Shown here in pieces: positions 41,307 through 50,756 of a stretch of 64,000 bases of DNA; the stretch's first letter is position 1, and every line of letters starts with the position of its first letter. The stretch covers positions 1 through 64,000 of the IMG/VR virus record IMGVR_UViG_3300034816_000006, one strand, 5' to 3'. The stretch is from a virus. The notes beneath the pieces are model-generated. The model did no database searches and was not told the DNA's origin. It saw only the letters and a list, made by a program, of their open reading frames with translations. A program made the translations under genes and the position numbers.

Positions 41307-42164
41307 ATGAACAGGACGCTACGCATAGCCAATTACGGGATGGGCACAAATAGCAGCGCCATGCTTATCGAGGCCACCAGGCGGGAGATCATCCTCGATC
41401 TCATCGTCGAGTCGGATACTGGCGATGAGTTCAAGAGATCCTATGACTATTCCAGAATGCTCGAGGAATGGCTGGTTGCTCGCGGTCAGCCGAATTTTAC
41501 TCGCACGCGATGGGAGCGCGAAAAACCAGTTCCTGGACTCGAACAATACGGCACCTTCGTTCCGATCAGCGTTCTCGCCCTCCACCGCAAGGAACTTCCC
41601 AGTAAGGCGTATGGGCTTAGCGGGTGCACGTCGAAGTGGAAACAACAGCCCATCGACAAAGAGATCCGGCGCAACCCCAGTGTCCTAGCGGCCTGGACTC
41701 GTGGTGACATCGTAGAGCGCTGGGTGGGATACGACGCCGGAGAGCCGGAGCGCTCCGATCGCATGCTTGCGAAGAATCCTCAGCCACCACCCCACAAAGG
41801 GATTCAGTTTCGTTGGCACTGGAGGACGCCGCTCGTCGAGTGGGGCATGGACCGAGACGCTTGCATCAAGACGATCATGGCAGCCGGACTCGCCTTGCCC
41901 GGAAAGTCCGCGTGCTTCGACTGTCCCTCCACAACGAAGGCCGAACTCGATCGTATGGCAGAGGAGGAGCCAGACTGGCGCACGGGGAACGGTTACCTCG
42001 CTCGCGCGATTCAGATCGAGGACGCCGCCCGCGGGTCCGGCAATCTGAGCATGGTTAAGGGTCTCGGACGGCGATTCGCGTGGCGCGACTACCTGGAGGG
42101 CAAGGAGACCTATGGCGACGCGCCGGACATGGAGTGTGGCTGCTTCGACGGGGAAGCCGCATGA
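41307..42164 (+). CDS. PAPS reductase-like / adenine nucleotide alpha-hydrolase
   Basis: YGMGTNS PP-loop variant, DTGDE, CTSKWK, GYDAGE, KSACFDCP. Confidence 0.75.
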   Translation: MNRTLRIANYGMGTNSSAMLIEATRREIILDLIVESDTGDEFKRSYDYSRMLEEWLVARGQPNFTRTRWEREKPVPGLEQYGTFVPISVLALHRKELPSKAYGLSGCTSKWKQQPIDKEIRRNPSVLAAWTRGDIVERWVGYDAGEPERSDRMLAKNPQPPPHKGIQFRWHWRTPLVEWGMDRDACIKTIMAAGLALPGKSACFDCPSTTKAELDRMAEEEPDWRTGNGYLARAIQIEDAARGSGNLSMVKGLGRRFAWRDYLEGKETYGDAPDMECGCFDGEAA

Positions 42165-42834
42165 ATGTCACCATCAAGCGCGCCGGCGGTTACGACCCGC
42201 GACTCGGCCGCGACCACCCGCAGAACCAGGACCCGACGCTTGAGGCGCATGCGCACGTCGTCGACACGCTGACGATCCCGGCCGGCGAAGGGCACAGCGA
42301 CTACAGGTTCCGGTGGCGCTGTACGTGCGGTCGCGCTGGAAAGTGGCACGCGGCGCGCGTCAGCTCCGCCCGCAACGGCGGCGCTCGGCACGTGGCCGCG
42401 ATGGAGCGGGGACGATGAGCGACGATACCTGCGACAGCGAGATCGAGCGCCGCGTCGCGGCCGACGGACGACTCGAGTACCGCGTCACTTGCAGCTGTGG
42501 CTTCGTAGGTCCATGGCGGCTCGCGCGCAGTTCTGCCCGTCGTGACCGCGACAACCACGAGGACCGGCGCGCGTGCGGTGAAGCATGACCTGCACCCTCT
42601 GCTCTCGCCTCCCCGCGCTGCGGAACAGCGACTGGTGCCGCGCGTGCTGGCAGTTGTGGTGGGAGTTCAAACACGCATGACTACCTGCCCGAACTGCAAG
42701 CGCACCGTCGCAGTGCTGGTCGTCGTGGTGTCTCGCGGCGGAGAGAGCGGGCTGTGTGTTGGATGCTACGGCAGGGATGGCGAGCCTCTCCGCGCCATGC
42801 CGACGACAATCCCGCCACCGCGAGGTCCACGACG

Positions 42835-44163
42835 GTGATTCAGCTCCGTCCGTACCAGGAGCGGGCCGTCACCGCTCTCCGCGCCGCGTACCAGCGCGGG
42901 CGGCGCGCGCCGTTGCTCGTGGCCCCGACCGGAGCCGGAAAGACGATCATCGCAGCGTATGTGATCCAGTCCGCGGCAGCGCTCGGCAACCGTTCCCTGT
43001 TCGTCGCGCCTCGACGCGAGCTGATCGGCCAGACCGTGCGCAAGCTAGCCGATGCCGGAATCTGGGATGTGCGCGTGATCCAGGCCGCGAACGATACAGG
43101 CAGGCCAGACGCTCCGGTCATCGTCGGCAGCATCCAGACGCTGATCCTTCCGAGGTGGCTCGGACGACTACCAAACGCCGACCTCGTCATCGCCGACGAG
43201 GCGCATCACATGGCTGCCACGAACTGGTCCAAGCTTGCCGGTGCGTATCCCACTGCGCGTTGGCTTGGCCTCAGTGCCACGCCTGAGCGAGCTGATGGCA
43301 AAGCGCTTGGTGACATCTTCGATGATCTGGTCGTCGCGGCAAGCGTTCGTGAACTGACCGAGTTCGGCAACTTGGTCCCATGCCGCGTCTTCGCGCCGCC
43401 GATCGAACTCGACGTTGCCGAGTTGGCGCTCGACCCGGTCTCCGCATACCAGCAGCACGGCGCAGGCAGTCTTGCCGTTGTATTCTGCGTGACCGTCGAG
43501 CATGCGACGCGCGTCGCTGCAGACTTCAACGCGGCTGGTGTCCCGGCCGACATCGTCACCGGAACCACGCGCGCAGCGATCCGCGAGCAGACGCTCCAGC
43601 GCTGGCGCAGTGGCGACATCAGAGTTGTCACCAACTGCGGCGTGCTAACCGAAGGCTTCGATCTGCCAGCACTTCAGACCTGCATCCTGGCTCGCCGCTT
43701 CGGACATCCCGGGCTGTTCCTGCAGTGCGTCGGCCGCGCGCTGCGGCCCGCGCCGGATAAGACCCGGGCCACCGTCATCGACCTCTGCGGCAGCGTGCAC
43801 AAGCACGGCCTGCCTGACATGGACCGCGAGTACAGCCTCGAGGGCAAGCCGATCAGCAGCGTGACGCGCGACGCGATCCGGCAGTGCCCGAGCTGCGGCG
43901 CGGTGTTCCTCGCAGGTGCGACCGCGTGTCCACAGTGCGGAGCAGAGCTGCCGCGACGGCCAGCAGAACTGCCGCGATCCACGGGCGTCGGCGTCGTTGA
44001 CGTCACCGCGATCCCTAGCCCGCCGCAGCGCAGCTACACGCTCAGCATCACGGCGAAGTATTATGGTCAGTGCAGGAAGTGCACGGGATCTATCTCGCCA
44101 GGTGAGCAAATCTACTGGTCCAAAGGCGAGAAACCTCGACATGTTGAGTGTCGCACGGAGTAG
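42835..44163 (+). CDS. SF2 DEAH helicase with C-terminal Zn ribbon
   Basis: LRPYQ, PTGAGKT, DEAHH, SATP, TEGFD, QCVGRALR. Confidence 0.95.
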   Translation: MIQLRPYQERAVTALRAAYQRGRRAPLLVAPTGAGKTIIAAYVIQSAAALGNRSLFVAPRRELIGQTVRKLADAGIWDVRVIQAANDTGRPDAPVIVGSIQTLILPRWLGRLPNADLVIADEAHHMAATNWSKLAGAYPTARWLGLSATPERADGKALGDIFDDLVVAASVRELTEFGNLVPCRVFAPPIELDVAELALDPVSAYQQHGAGSLAVVFCVTVEHATRVAADFNAAGVPADIVTGTTRAAIREQTLQRWRSGDIRVVTNCGVLTEGFDLPALQTCILARRFGHPGLFLQCVGRALRPAPDKTRATVIDLCGSVHKHGLPDMDREYSLEGKPISSVTRDAIRQCPSCGAVFLAGATACPQCGAELPRRPAELPRSTGVGVVDVTAIPSPPQRSYTLSITAKYYGQCRKCTGSISPGEQIYWSKGEKPRHVECRTE

Positions 44164-44165
44164 TA

Positions 44166-44507
44166 ATGCCACGCTCGCAACAAGAATCTGTACTTCAAGA
44201 CGCAATACGCCTCGCGCTCGGACGTGATCCTGGGGTCTTATTATTCCGTAACAACATCGGCCACGCCGTAATGGCTTACGGCGGACGCGTCACGTTCGGT
44301 GTCGGCGGACCAGGCGGTGCTGACCTGATCGGCATCCTAGACGGCAGGCCGTTGGCCATGGAGGTGAAGACTCCAACGGGCAGGCAGTCCAAGGAGCAGC
44401 GCATGTTCCAGCAGCTGTGGGAGACGCGTGGCGGCGTCTACCTGATGCCGAGGAGCGTGGACGAAGCGGTGGCGATGATCTCCGCGGCACGTGAGGCCAA
44501 GCAGTGA
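44166..44507 (+). CDS. VRR-NUC domain nuclease
   Basis: FRNN, GGADLIG, EVKTPTGRQSKEQ. Confidence 0.9.
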   Translation: MPRSQQESVLQDAIRLALGRDPGVLLFRNNIGHAVMAYGGRVTFGVGGPGGADLIGILDGRPLAMEVKTPTGRQSKEQRMFQQLWETRGGVYLMPRSVDEAVAMISAAREAKQ

Positions 44508-44522
44508 TCGATCGCGACAACT

Positions 44523-44984
44523 TCACGATGCTAGGTAGCGAGCGGCAGCTACCAGCAAATCCGGCGCGTCCCGAAACAGACCAAGCCCTCGATTGCACGG
44601 CCCGCACAGCAAACCGCGAATTCGGTTCGTCTTGTGACAGTGGTCTATGTCAAACTTCGATGTACGCTGCGGTGGACCCTTGCAGATTGCACACTTGCCT
44701 TCCTGGGCCTTCAACATCTCCCCGTAACGCTCAACGCTTATCCCATATCTCGACAAGCGCGCGACGTCGCCGGGAGTCAGACCGGCCTGAGCGCGTCTCT
44801 CCCTTAGGTTCTTCATGCGCCTGCGGATGGCCTCCCTCGCGGCAATCGGGTTTCTCTCTCTCCACTCTCTATTGTACTGCACGCGACATGTTCTACAGTA
44901 CGGGTATAGGCCGTCAAGCCACTTCTTCGCCTTGCCAAACTGGTCCGTCGATTTCTGTTGTCCGCATCTTGTGCACTTCTTCAC
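44523..44984 (-). CDS. Endonuclease VII-type HNH (homing-like) endonuclease
   Basis: YGIS...QEGKCAIC...DHCHKTNRIRGLLCGPCNRGLG; own TG-TATGAT extended -10. Confidence 0.9.
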   Translation of the reverse strand: MKKCTRCGQQKSTDQFGKAKKWLDGLYPYCRTCRVQYNREWRERNPIAAREAIRRRMKNLRERRAQAGLTPGDVARLSRYGISVERYGEMLKAQEGKCAICKGPPQRTSKFDIDHCHKTNRIRGLLCGPCNRGLGLFRDAPDLLVAAARYLAS

Positions 44985-45042
44985 CCATTCATCATAGCAC
45001 GTATGCAATAGTAGAGTGCAACACCAAAGACGGAGACCCTGC

Positions 45043-47148
45043 ATGATGTCAGTGCTAGACTCCGCATCACTCTGCGCCGAGCGCGGCCTCCACACGATTC
45101 CGGTGTGGACCGCGACCAACGGCGTCTGCAACTGCACGCGCGGAGCCGAGTGCATCAGTCCCGGCAAGCACCCCGCGATCGACGCGTGGCAGACCTCGGC
45201 GACGACCGATTTGCACGTGATCCGCGACTGGTTCGCGGGCGGGCGCTATAACATTGGCGTGGTTTGCGGCGCGTCGAATGTCGTCGTCATCGACATCGAC
45301 CCGCGCAACGGCGGCGACGTGACGTTTGCGGCACTCGTCAACGATCTTGGACCGCTGCCGGACACGCTGACGGCAGACTCCGGCGGCGGCGGGACGCATT
45401 TCGTGTTCCGCAGGCCCCAAGGCGAACTCGTCAGCAAACTTGGCCAAGGTGTCGATCTACTGCGCGACTCGCGCCAGTTCCTCGTCGAGCCGTCGCTGCA
45501 TCCCTCAGGCAAGCGCTATCAGTGGCGGACCGGCCACGCGCCGGACGAGATCGCGATCGCGGAACTCCCTTCAGCCTGGCAGCAACGCCTACATCCGCGC
45601 ATCGCGCCGCGACCCACCGCGCCACCGCGCCACCGCGCCGACGACAGCGACCGCGTCAAGCGCGCACGCGCCTATCTTGCCAAGATCCCTGGCGCGGTGT
45701 CAGGCGATGCGGGCCACACTGCGACGTTCAACGCGGTAGCCGCGGTGATGATCGGATTCGACCTCTCCGAACAAGACGCGCTCAACATCATCGCAGCTGA
45801 CTACAACCCACGGTGCGACCCGCCGTGGTCCGAGCGCGAGCTCGAGCACAAGATCAGGTCCGTGGCCCAGCGCTGCGAGCGCGAACGCGGCTACTTGCTC
45901 GTGGACCGACCGCGATCAGGCACATCCCAACCTGCAGCCCCAGCGTCTCCACCCTCAGCGCCCCCGTCCAGCGACTGGCAGTCCCGCCTCCTGTTCAACG
46001 CCGAGCAACGCCCACGACGCGCCTACCACAACACCGCGGTGTTCGTGCGCGATCACCCCGAGTTCGCGAACAGATGGAGCTACGACGAGATGACCGGAGC
46101 GCCCTACGTCGACGGCAAGCCGATGGATCCGGAGATGGTCCACTACATCCGGGCCCAGGCAGATTGCAGACTCGGCTATACGCCGTCCGCCGCTGACGTC
46201 GAGGCTGCGATCGTCGCCGCGGCGAAGGAGCAGTCGTTCCACCCGATTCGGCAGTACCTGCGCTCGCTGGACTGGGACGGAACGCCGCGCCTGCACGCGA
46301 TGGCCAACGACTACCTGTCCTCGGACTCGCCGCTCCACGCCTCGATGGTGCACAAGTTCATGATCGGCGCCGCGGCCCGCGTGCTCTGGCCCGGCTGCAA
46401 GCTCGACACCGCGCTGATGCTAGTCGGGCCTCAAGGTCTCAAGAAGTCTACGTTTTTCTCGATTTTAGGCGGCCGCTGGCACTCCGATACCTACATCGAT
46501 ATCACGAACAAGGACGCGGCGCTGCAGTTGCACGGCAGCTGGATCTACGAACTGTCCGAGCTCGAAAACGTCGTTACCGGTGCGCGCGAGTCCAGGCTCA
46601 AGGCGTGGATTACCAGCACACACGACACGTACCGGCCACCATATGGCAAGGCCGCGGAGCGTCGAGCGCGTAGTGCAGCGATCTGCGGAACCACGAACCG
46701 CAAGCAGTTCCTGACCGACGACAGCGGCAGCCGGCGCTTCTGGATCGTTCCAGTCGGCTGTGAGGTTCCAGTAGAACTCCTTGCCGAACTCCGTGATCAG
46801 CTGTGGGCCGAGGCAGTCTGCGCGGCCGAGAGCGGCGAGACTTGGTGGTTCGGCAACACAGTCGACGAGTCGGCCAGAGAGGTGGCGAACCGGGACTTCG
46901 CAGACGATGACGACCCATGGACCGGAGCTGTCGCCGCCTGGGTGGAGCGTCCCTCGGTAGCCATGAGTGCGACATCGGTGACCGAGATTCTAACGCTCGC
47001 CCTGGACGTCAAGCTCGAGCGCCAGGACCGCGGGTCACAGATGCGGGTCGCCAGGATCCTGCAGCGCCTGGGCTGGGAGCGGTACCGCAGCAGTACTGTG
47101 GGTAGGCCATGGGGGTATCGGCGACGCTCACTGCCCGGAGTTGAGTAG
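45043..47148 (+). CDS. Bifunctional primase-polymerase fused to VirE/VapE helicase
   Basis: PGKHP, NIG, IDIDPRNGG, SGGGGTH; GPQGLKKST, GTTN, DDSGSRRF. Confidence 0.9.
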   Translation: MMSVLDSASLCAERGLHTIPVWTATNGVCNCTRGAECISPGKHPAIDAWQTSATTDLHVIRDWFAGGRYNIGVVCGASNVVVIDIDPRNGGDVTFAALVNDLGPLPDTLTADSGGGGTHFVFRRPQGELVSKLGQGVDLLRDSRQFLVEPSLHPSGKRYQWRTGHAPDEIAIAELPSAWQQRLHPRIAPRPTAPPRHRADDSDRVKRARAYLAKIPGAVSGDAGHTATFNAVAAVMIGFDLSEQDALNIIAADYNPRCDPPWSERELEHKIRSVAQRCERERGYLLVDRPRSGTSQPAAPASPPSAPPSSDWQSRLLFNAEQRPRRAYHNTAVFVRDHPEFANRWSYDEMTGAPYVDGKPMDPEMVHYIRAQADCRLGYTPSAADVEAAIVAAAKEQSFHPIRQYLRSLDWDGTPRLHAMANDYLSSDSPLHASMVHKFMIGAAARVLWPGCKLDTALMLVGPQGLKKSTFFSILGGRWHSDTYIDITNKDAALQLHGSWIYELSELENVVTGARESRLKAWITSTHDTYRPPYGKAAERRARSAAICGTTNRKQFLTDDSGSRRFWIVPVGCEVPVELLAELRDQLWAEAVCAAESGETWWFGNTVDESAREVANRDFADDDDPWTGAVAAWVERPSVAMSATSVTEILTLALDVKLERQDRGSQMRVARILQRLGWERYRSSTVGRPWGYRRRSLPGVE

Positions 47149-47169
47149 TGCATCTGTCATACCAGGATC

Positions 47170-47365
47170 GTCCCGTCTGCCGATTGGGACGCGTCTCTTG
47201 TGGCCTATCCCAATGGGACGCGGCTAAGTGCTCATTGATGTCTTGCTTATTCCCTCTTTGTCCTAACTGTCCCATTCTAAAGAAGGAAGAAAGATATAAA
47301 TATAGTACCTCGAGTTATAGGAAGGAGGGAAATGGGGGGACGAGACGGGACGGACGGGACGGCCT
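47170..47365. other. Putative replication origin
   Basis: GTCCC/GGGAC repeats around AT-rich core, directly after Prim-Pol/VirE. Confidence 0.55.
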
Positions 47366-48525
47366 CCAGATTCCGATAGCGCACCGCGGTGTTGCGCAAT
47401 CGATCCAAAAAGTCCTAAGCCTTTTATGGCGTTGGGCGTCCCAAGCTATAGTGAGCGCCATTCTGCCAACCTGTCACACCAACGACCGTGACCATATGTG
47501 ACCATACATGCAACCTACTGAAATCAGACAAACAGCGAATCTTGGAACTGCCGCCACCGCCTTGCATCTATCGGAGATCACATGAAAGCCCACTGTATCG
47601 AATTCACCGGCGATCGTGCCACCGTGGTGCTGACACCCGGATGGCTGCGGCGTCTGTTCGGGGTGAGGGAGGTTGCCGTGGACCTGGAGTGGCTTGGTAC
47701 CAAGAACGCCAAGGACTGGTACGCGCAGGGCACCGGCCGCTCCGTCCTTGAACTTACCCACGGTGACCTCATCAGGGACGCCCTCGACTTCCGCGAGGTC
47801 GGCACCGAGCGCCGCGGTGCCCATGCCAAACCACGGCTGTCGCTGGTCGGCGACGAGGCGGTGATGCCGTGAGAGCGCTGGAAGCGAACCTCGACGGCCA
47901 ACTACACGTCACCGGAGCGTGCTGCATGGACCGCGTGTGCCGACGATGCGGCGCCCGTGAGCACTGGCAGCCGGTGCATGGCGGCATCGCCGAGCTCTGC
48001 GAGGAGTGCGTCGAGGATGCCGTCGAGTGGAAGGCTCGCGGCACGTACCTGACCGACGTGATGGACGAGAGCGGTCACGGCGTCGTCGGATCGACGCTGG
48101 TGCTCGCATGACCTGGCTCGACCACTTCGCCTGCGCCCTCGTCGACCAGGCCGCGATCCAGTCGGAGCCGGTAGCGGCAGTCAAGTGCCAGCGCTTGGCC
48201 GAAGCTGACGACGCACTGCGTAGGTCAGTCGAGCCACCGCCGCCCAACCCGCTCGCGCCCCACCTGACCGCCGTGCTGGCCATCGTACGCCGTACCGGCG
48301 GCTACATGGACCCGGAGGACCAGGCGGTACTGCGTGCAGCTACGGCAGCGGTGGCCGGTATACGAGAATGCGGAAATCCGTGAATCGCGGTGAGAGGCGA
48401 ACCGCTGGCGTGGCCGTTTTGGCTGCTAGAATCGCGCAGGCGGCGCTTTCGACTCCGGATCGGTCGACGCGGCACCTGCAGTGTGTGAATTCGATACAGG
48501 CCACACAGGCAGCGGAGGCTGGTTC

Positions 48526-49197
48526 ATGATCTTCACCCGCCACGCCGTGCAGCGGTACCGCCAGTTCCACATGCTGGACCAGCCCACCGCTACGGACGAT
48601 GACGCATACGACGTGCTGATGCGGCATGGCCCGGCTGCCGTGCTGAGTCGCACCAGGACGCATCGCGGTGACCCGGTGTGGATGCTCGAGGCGCTGGGCG
48701 CTGAGCTCGTGTGCAAACACGAGAACGGTACCGTCACATGTGTCACCGTGCTTCCTCCTCCGCGGTTTCGCGGCCTGACGCCGCTGCAAGCGGAGCGCGT
48801 TGCGGACTCGCATCGTGAGGCGCGTGAGCGGGCCGAAGCTGCGCAACGTGTGGTCGCTGAGACGAGCGCTGCCATGGCTCGGGCCATCGTGGCCCGGAGG
48901 GTCGCGGCCGCGCCGGCTGCGATCGCGGTCCGCAAGACCGAGCTGGCCATGCTGCAGGCCGACCTGTCTGCGGCCAAGCGCGCCGCGACGTTCGCCGTGG
49001 CCGAGCGCGACAGCCTCGGGGCTGCGCTCAAGACCATGCGACACCAGCTGACCAGCGACGAGACGGTAAGCAAGCTGAAGGCCGCGCTCAAGGTCGCCGT
49101 GCGTCGCCTGATGGAGGTCGGCGACGAGGACGGGCTGGCGGCGATCGCCGCGGTCGACCCGGGCCTAGCGTCGGTGGAATTCGTGGAGATCCGATGA
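48526..49197 (+). CDS. HAxxRY-motif domain plus coiled coil
   Basis: MIFTRHAVQRY...CVTVLP resembles 22324..22581. Confidence 0.55.
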   Translation: MIFTRHAVQRYRQFHMLDQPTATDDDAYDVLMRHGPAAVLSRTRTHRGDPVWMLEALGAELVCKHENGTVTCVTVLPPPRFRGLTPLQAERVADSHREARERAEAAQRVVAETSAAMARAIVARRVAAAPAAIAVRKTELAMLQADLSAAKRAATFAVAERDSLGAALKTMRHQLTSDETVSKLKAALKVAVRRLMEVGDEDGLAAIAAVDPGLASVEFVEIR

Positions 49198-49389
49198 ACG
49201 CCTACCACCGCCGCATCGGCCATGTCACCGCGCCCGCCGAGGTCGTCGACCCGGAGATGCGCATGTCGCGACTGCGCCAAATCTGCAGGACCTGGCGATC
49301 GTGCTTGGACATGGAGATTGGCAATTTCACTGACCACGATCCGGTCCGCGATCGCTGGACTCCGTCACGTCACACCGTTACGACGACTG

Positions 49390-49426
49390 AATCGACCTCC
49401 CACCCCTCCCCGCGCACCATGACCAG
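49390..49426 (+). promoter_or_regulatory. AATCG-type promoter of precursor 2
   Basis: AATCGACCT 37 nt before ATG. Confidence 0.5.
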
Positions 49427-49588
49427 ATGCAACGCCGCAAGATCGCGCTTCGCCCCGAGACCATCCGCCACCTGACCGACCTCGGCGCTGTCGTCGGTGG
49501 GCGGCCCACGAGTTGGCCGTACTGCCTGGGCGCGGAAGCGGTTCAGACCACGCAGACGATCAAGTGCCCGACGGCGGCGTGCGGGTGA
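49427..49588 (+). CDS. RiPP/lanthipeptide-like precursor peptide 2 (absent from ORF track)
   Basis: MQRRKIALRPETIRHLTDLGAVVGG + RPTSWPYCLGAEAVQTTQTIKCPTAACG. Confidence 0.72.
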   Translation: MQRRKIALRPETIRHLTDLGAVVGGRPTSWPYCLGAEAVQTTQTIKCPTAACG

Positions 49589-49733
49589 CTGTTCGCGAGC
49601 TTGGCACCGATGGCCACCTACACGAGACGCCGGTTGCGCCGGCGCTGCAGCTGGTCAGCGTCCCGGTCGTCGTCGATCTACCGCGTCCGTGGCTGCTCGC
49701 ACGAGCGGTTCGCTGGATCAAGCGCTGGTGGTT

Positions 49734-50015
49734 ATGCGCCTGATCTCCCTGCTCCTGCTCGCGCTCTCCTGCCTCGTCCGCCCGCATGCCGCGCGATGCC
49801 CAGCCGGTCGCGACCTCCGCACCGGGATCCGCCGCGATGGCAGGTTCGAGTGCTGGTCAGCGCCGCGCGGATCAGTGGTCTACGACGGCACGTTCGGTCA
49901 CCCAGATCGCAGCGTGCAGCGGGACGATGCCGTGGAGGCGAGGATCGTGTGCACGGGTGGGAGCGTGCCGATCGTGGTGGATGCGGTGACGGTGGGCTGT
50001 CAGATGAGGCACTAG
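49734..50015 (+). CDS. Cys-containing secreted protein/lipoprotein
   Basis: MRLISLLLLALSC lipobox-like; four further Cys. Confidence 0.65.
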   Translation: MRLISLLLLALSCLVRPHAARCPAGRDLRTGIRRDGRFECWSAPRGSVVYDGTFGHPDRSVQRDDAVEARIVCTGGSVPIVVDAVTVGCQMRH

Positions 50016-50021
50016 CAGGCG

Positions 50022-50756
50022 TCAGCTGCTGGGAAGTCCTGCAGCGACTGCGCGGCCGATCGCTTCCCACTTCTCGTACCAGTCCTCAGGTATCGGGTGG
50101 TGCTCACGAAGACGAGGTGACAAGTGCAACGACATCGCCATGGACATCAGGTCACGTCCGCTGGTGTTCGGTAGACCGTATTCCGCGTGATGACGGAGAT
50201 CTCCGTCGACGAGCGTCACGGCGCCTTCGCGCACCAGGATAGTGCACACCGGCCTGCGGTGGTCCTCGCATGACTCACCAGACATCAGGGTTGCGGCCAA
50301 GTGCAGGAACGGGAACTCCGTGGCCAGGGTGCGCCAGTCGCTCTCCACGCTCTCAGCGCTCGGCCACTTCCCGACGTTGTCTGAGTATTCGATGCGACCA
50401 TCGGGCCGACACCAGCCGTGCGGTCCGCCGATGAATGCCGTACTCAGCCAGTTGTTGTGTACGTATTCGGTCTCGATGCAGCCCCATGCGCGCTGCCACG
50501 CCTCAAGACGTCCCCACGCCGCGTGGAACTGCTTCGGAGTCGAATTTTCTGCGGTCATGCGGTCGGTATCTGGCATGCCCAGGCGATGCTTCATCCTTGC
50601 ATTCCAGTCGTGATCGTTTCCGCCGTATCCGTTGCACAGGAAGCTATCGGTTCGGCGGATGATTTCCATGGCCTGGTCTGCCGTGACCGGCCTGCCGCTG
50701 ACCACCATCTGCGGCCACTTCGGAAGCCCGTAATCCTTGGTCTCTTTCTCGCTCAT
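50022..50756 (-). CDS. Phage hypothetical protein
   Basis: 244 aa globular ORF, LPKWPQ...GGPHGWC...NVGKWP. Confidence 0.65.
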   Translation of the reverse strand: MSEKETKDYGLPKWPQMVVSGRPVTADQAMEIIRRTDSFLCNGYGGNDHDWNARMKHRLGMPDTDRMTAENSTPKQFHAAWGRLEAWQRAWGCIETEYVHNNWLSTAFIGGPHGWCRPDGRIEYSDNVGKWPSAESVESDWRTLATEFPFLHLAATLMSGESCEDHRRPVCTILVREGAVTLVDGDLRHHAEYGLPNTSGRDLMSMAMSLHLSPRLREHHPIPEDWYEKWEAIGRAVAAGLPSS

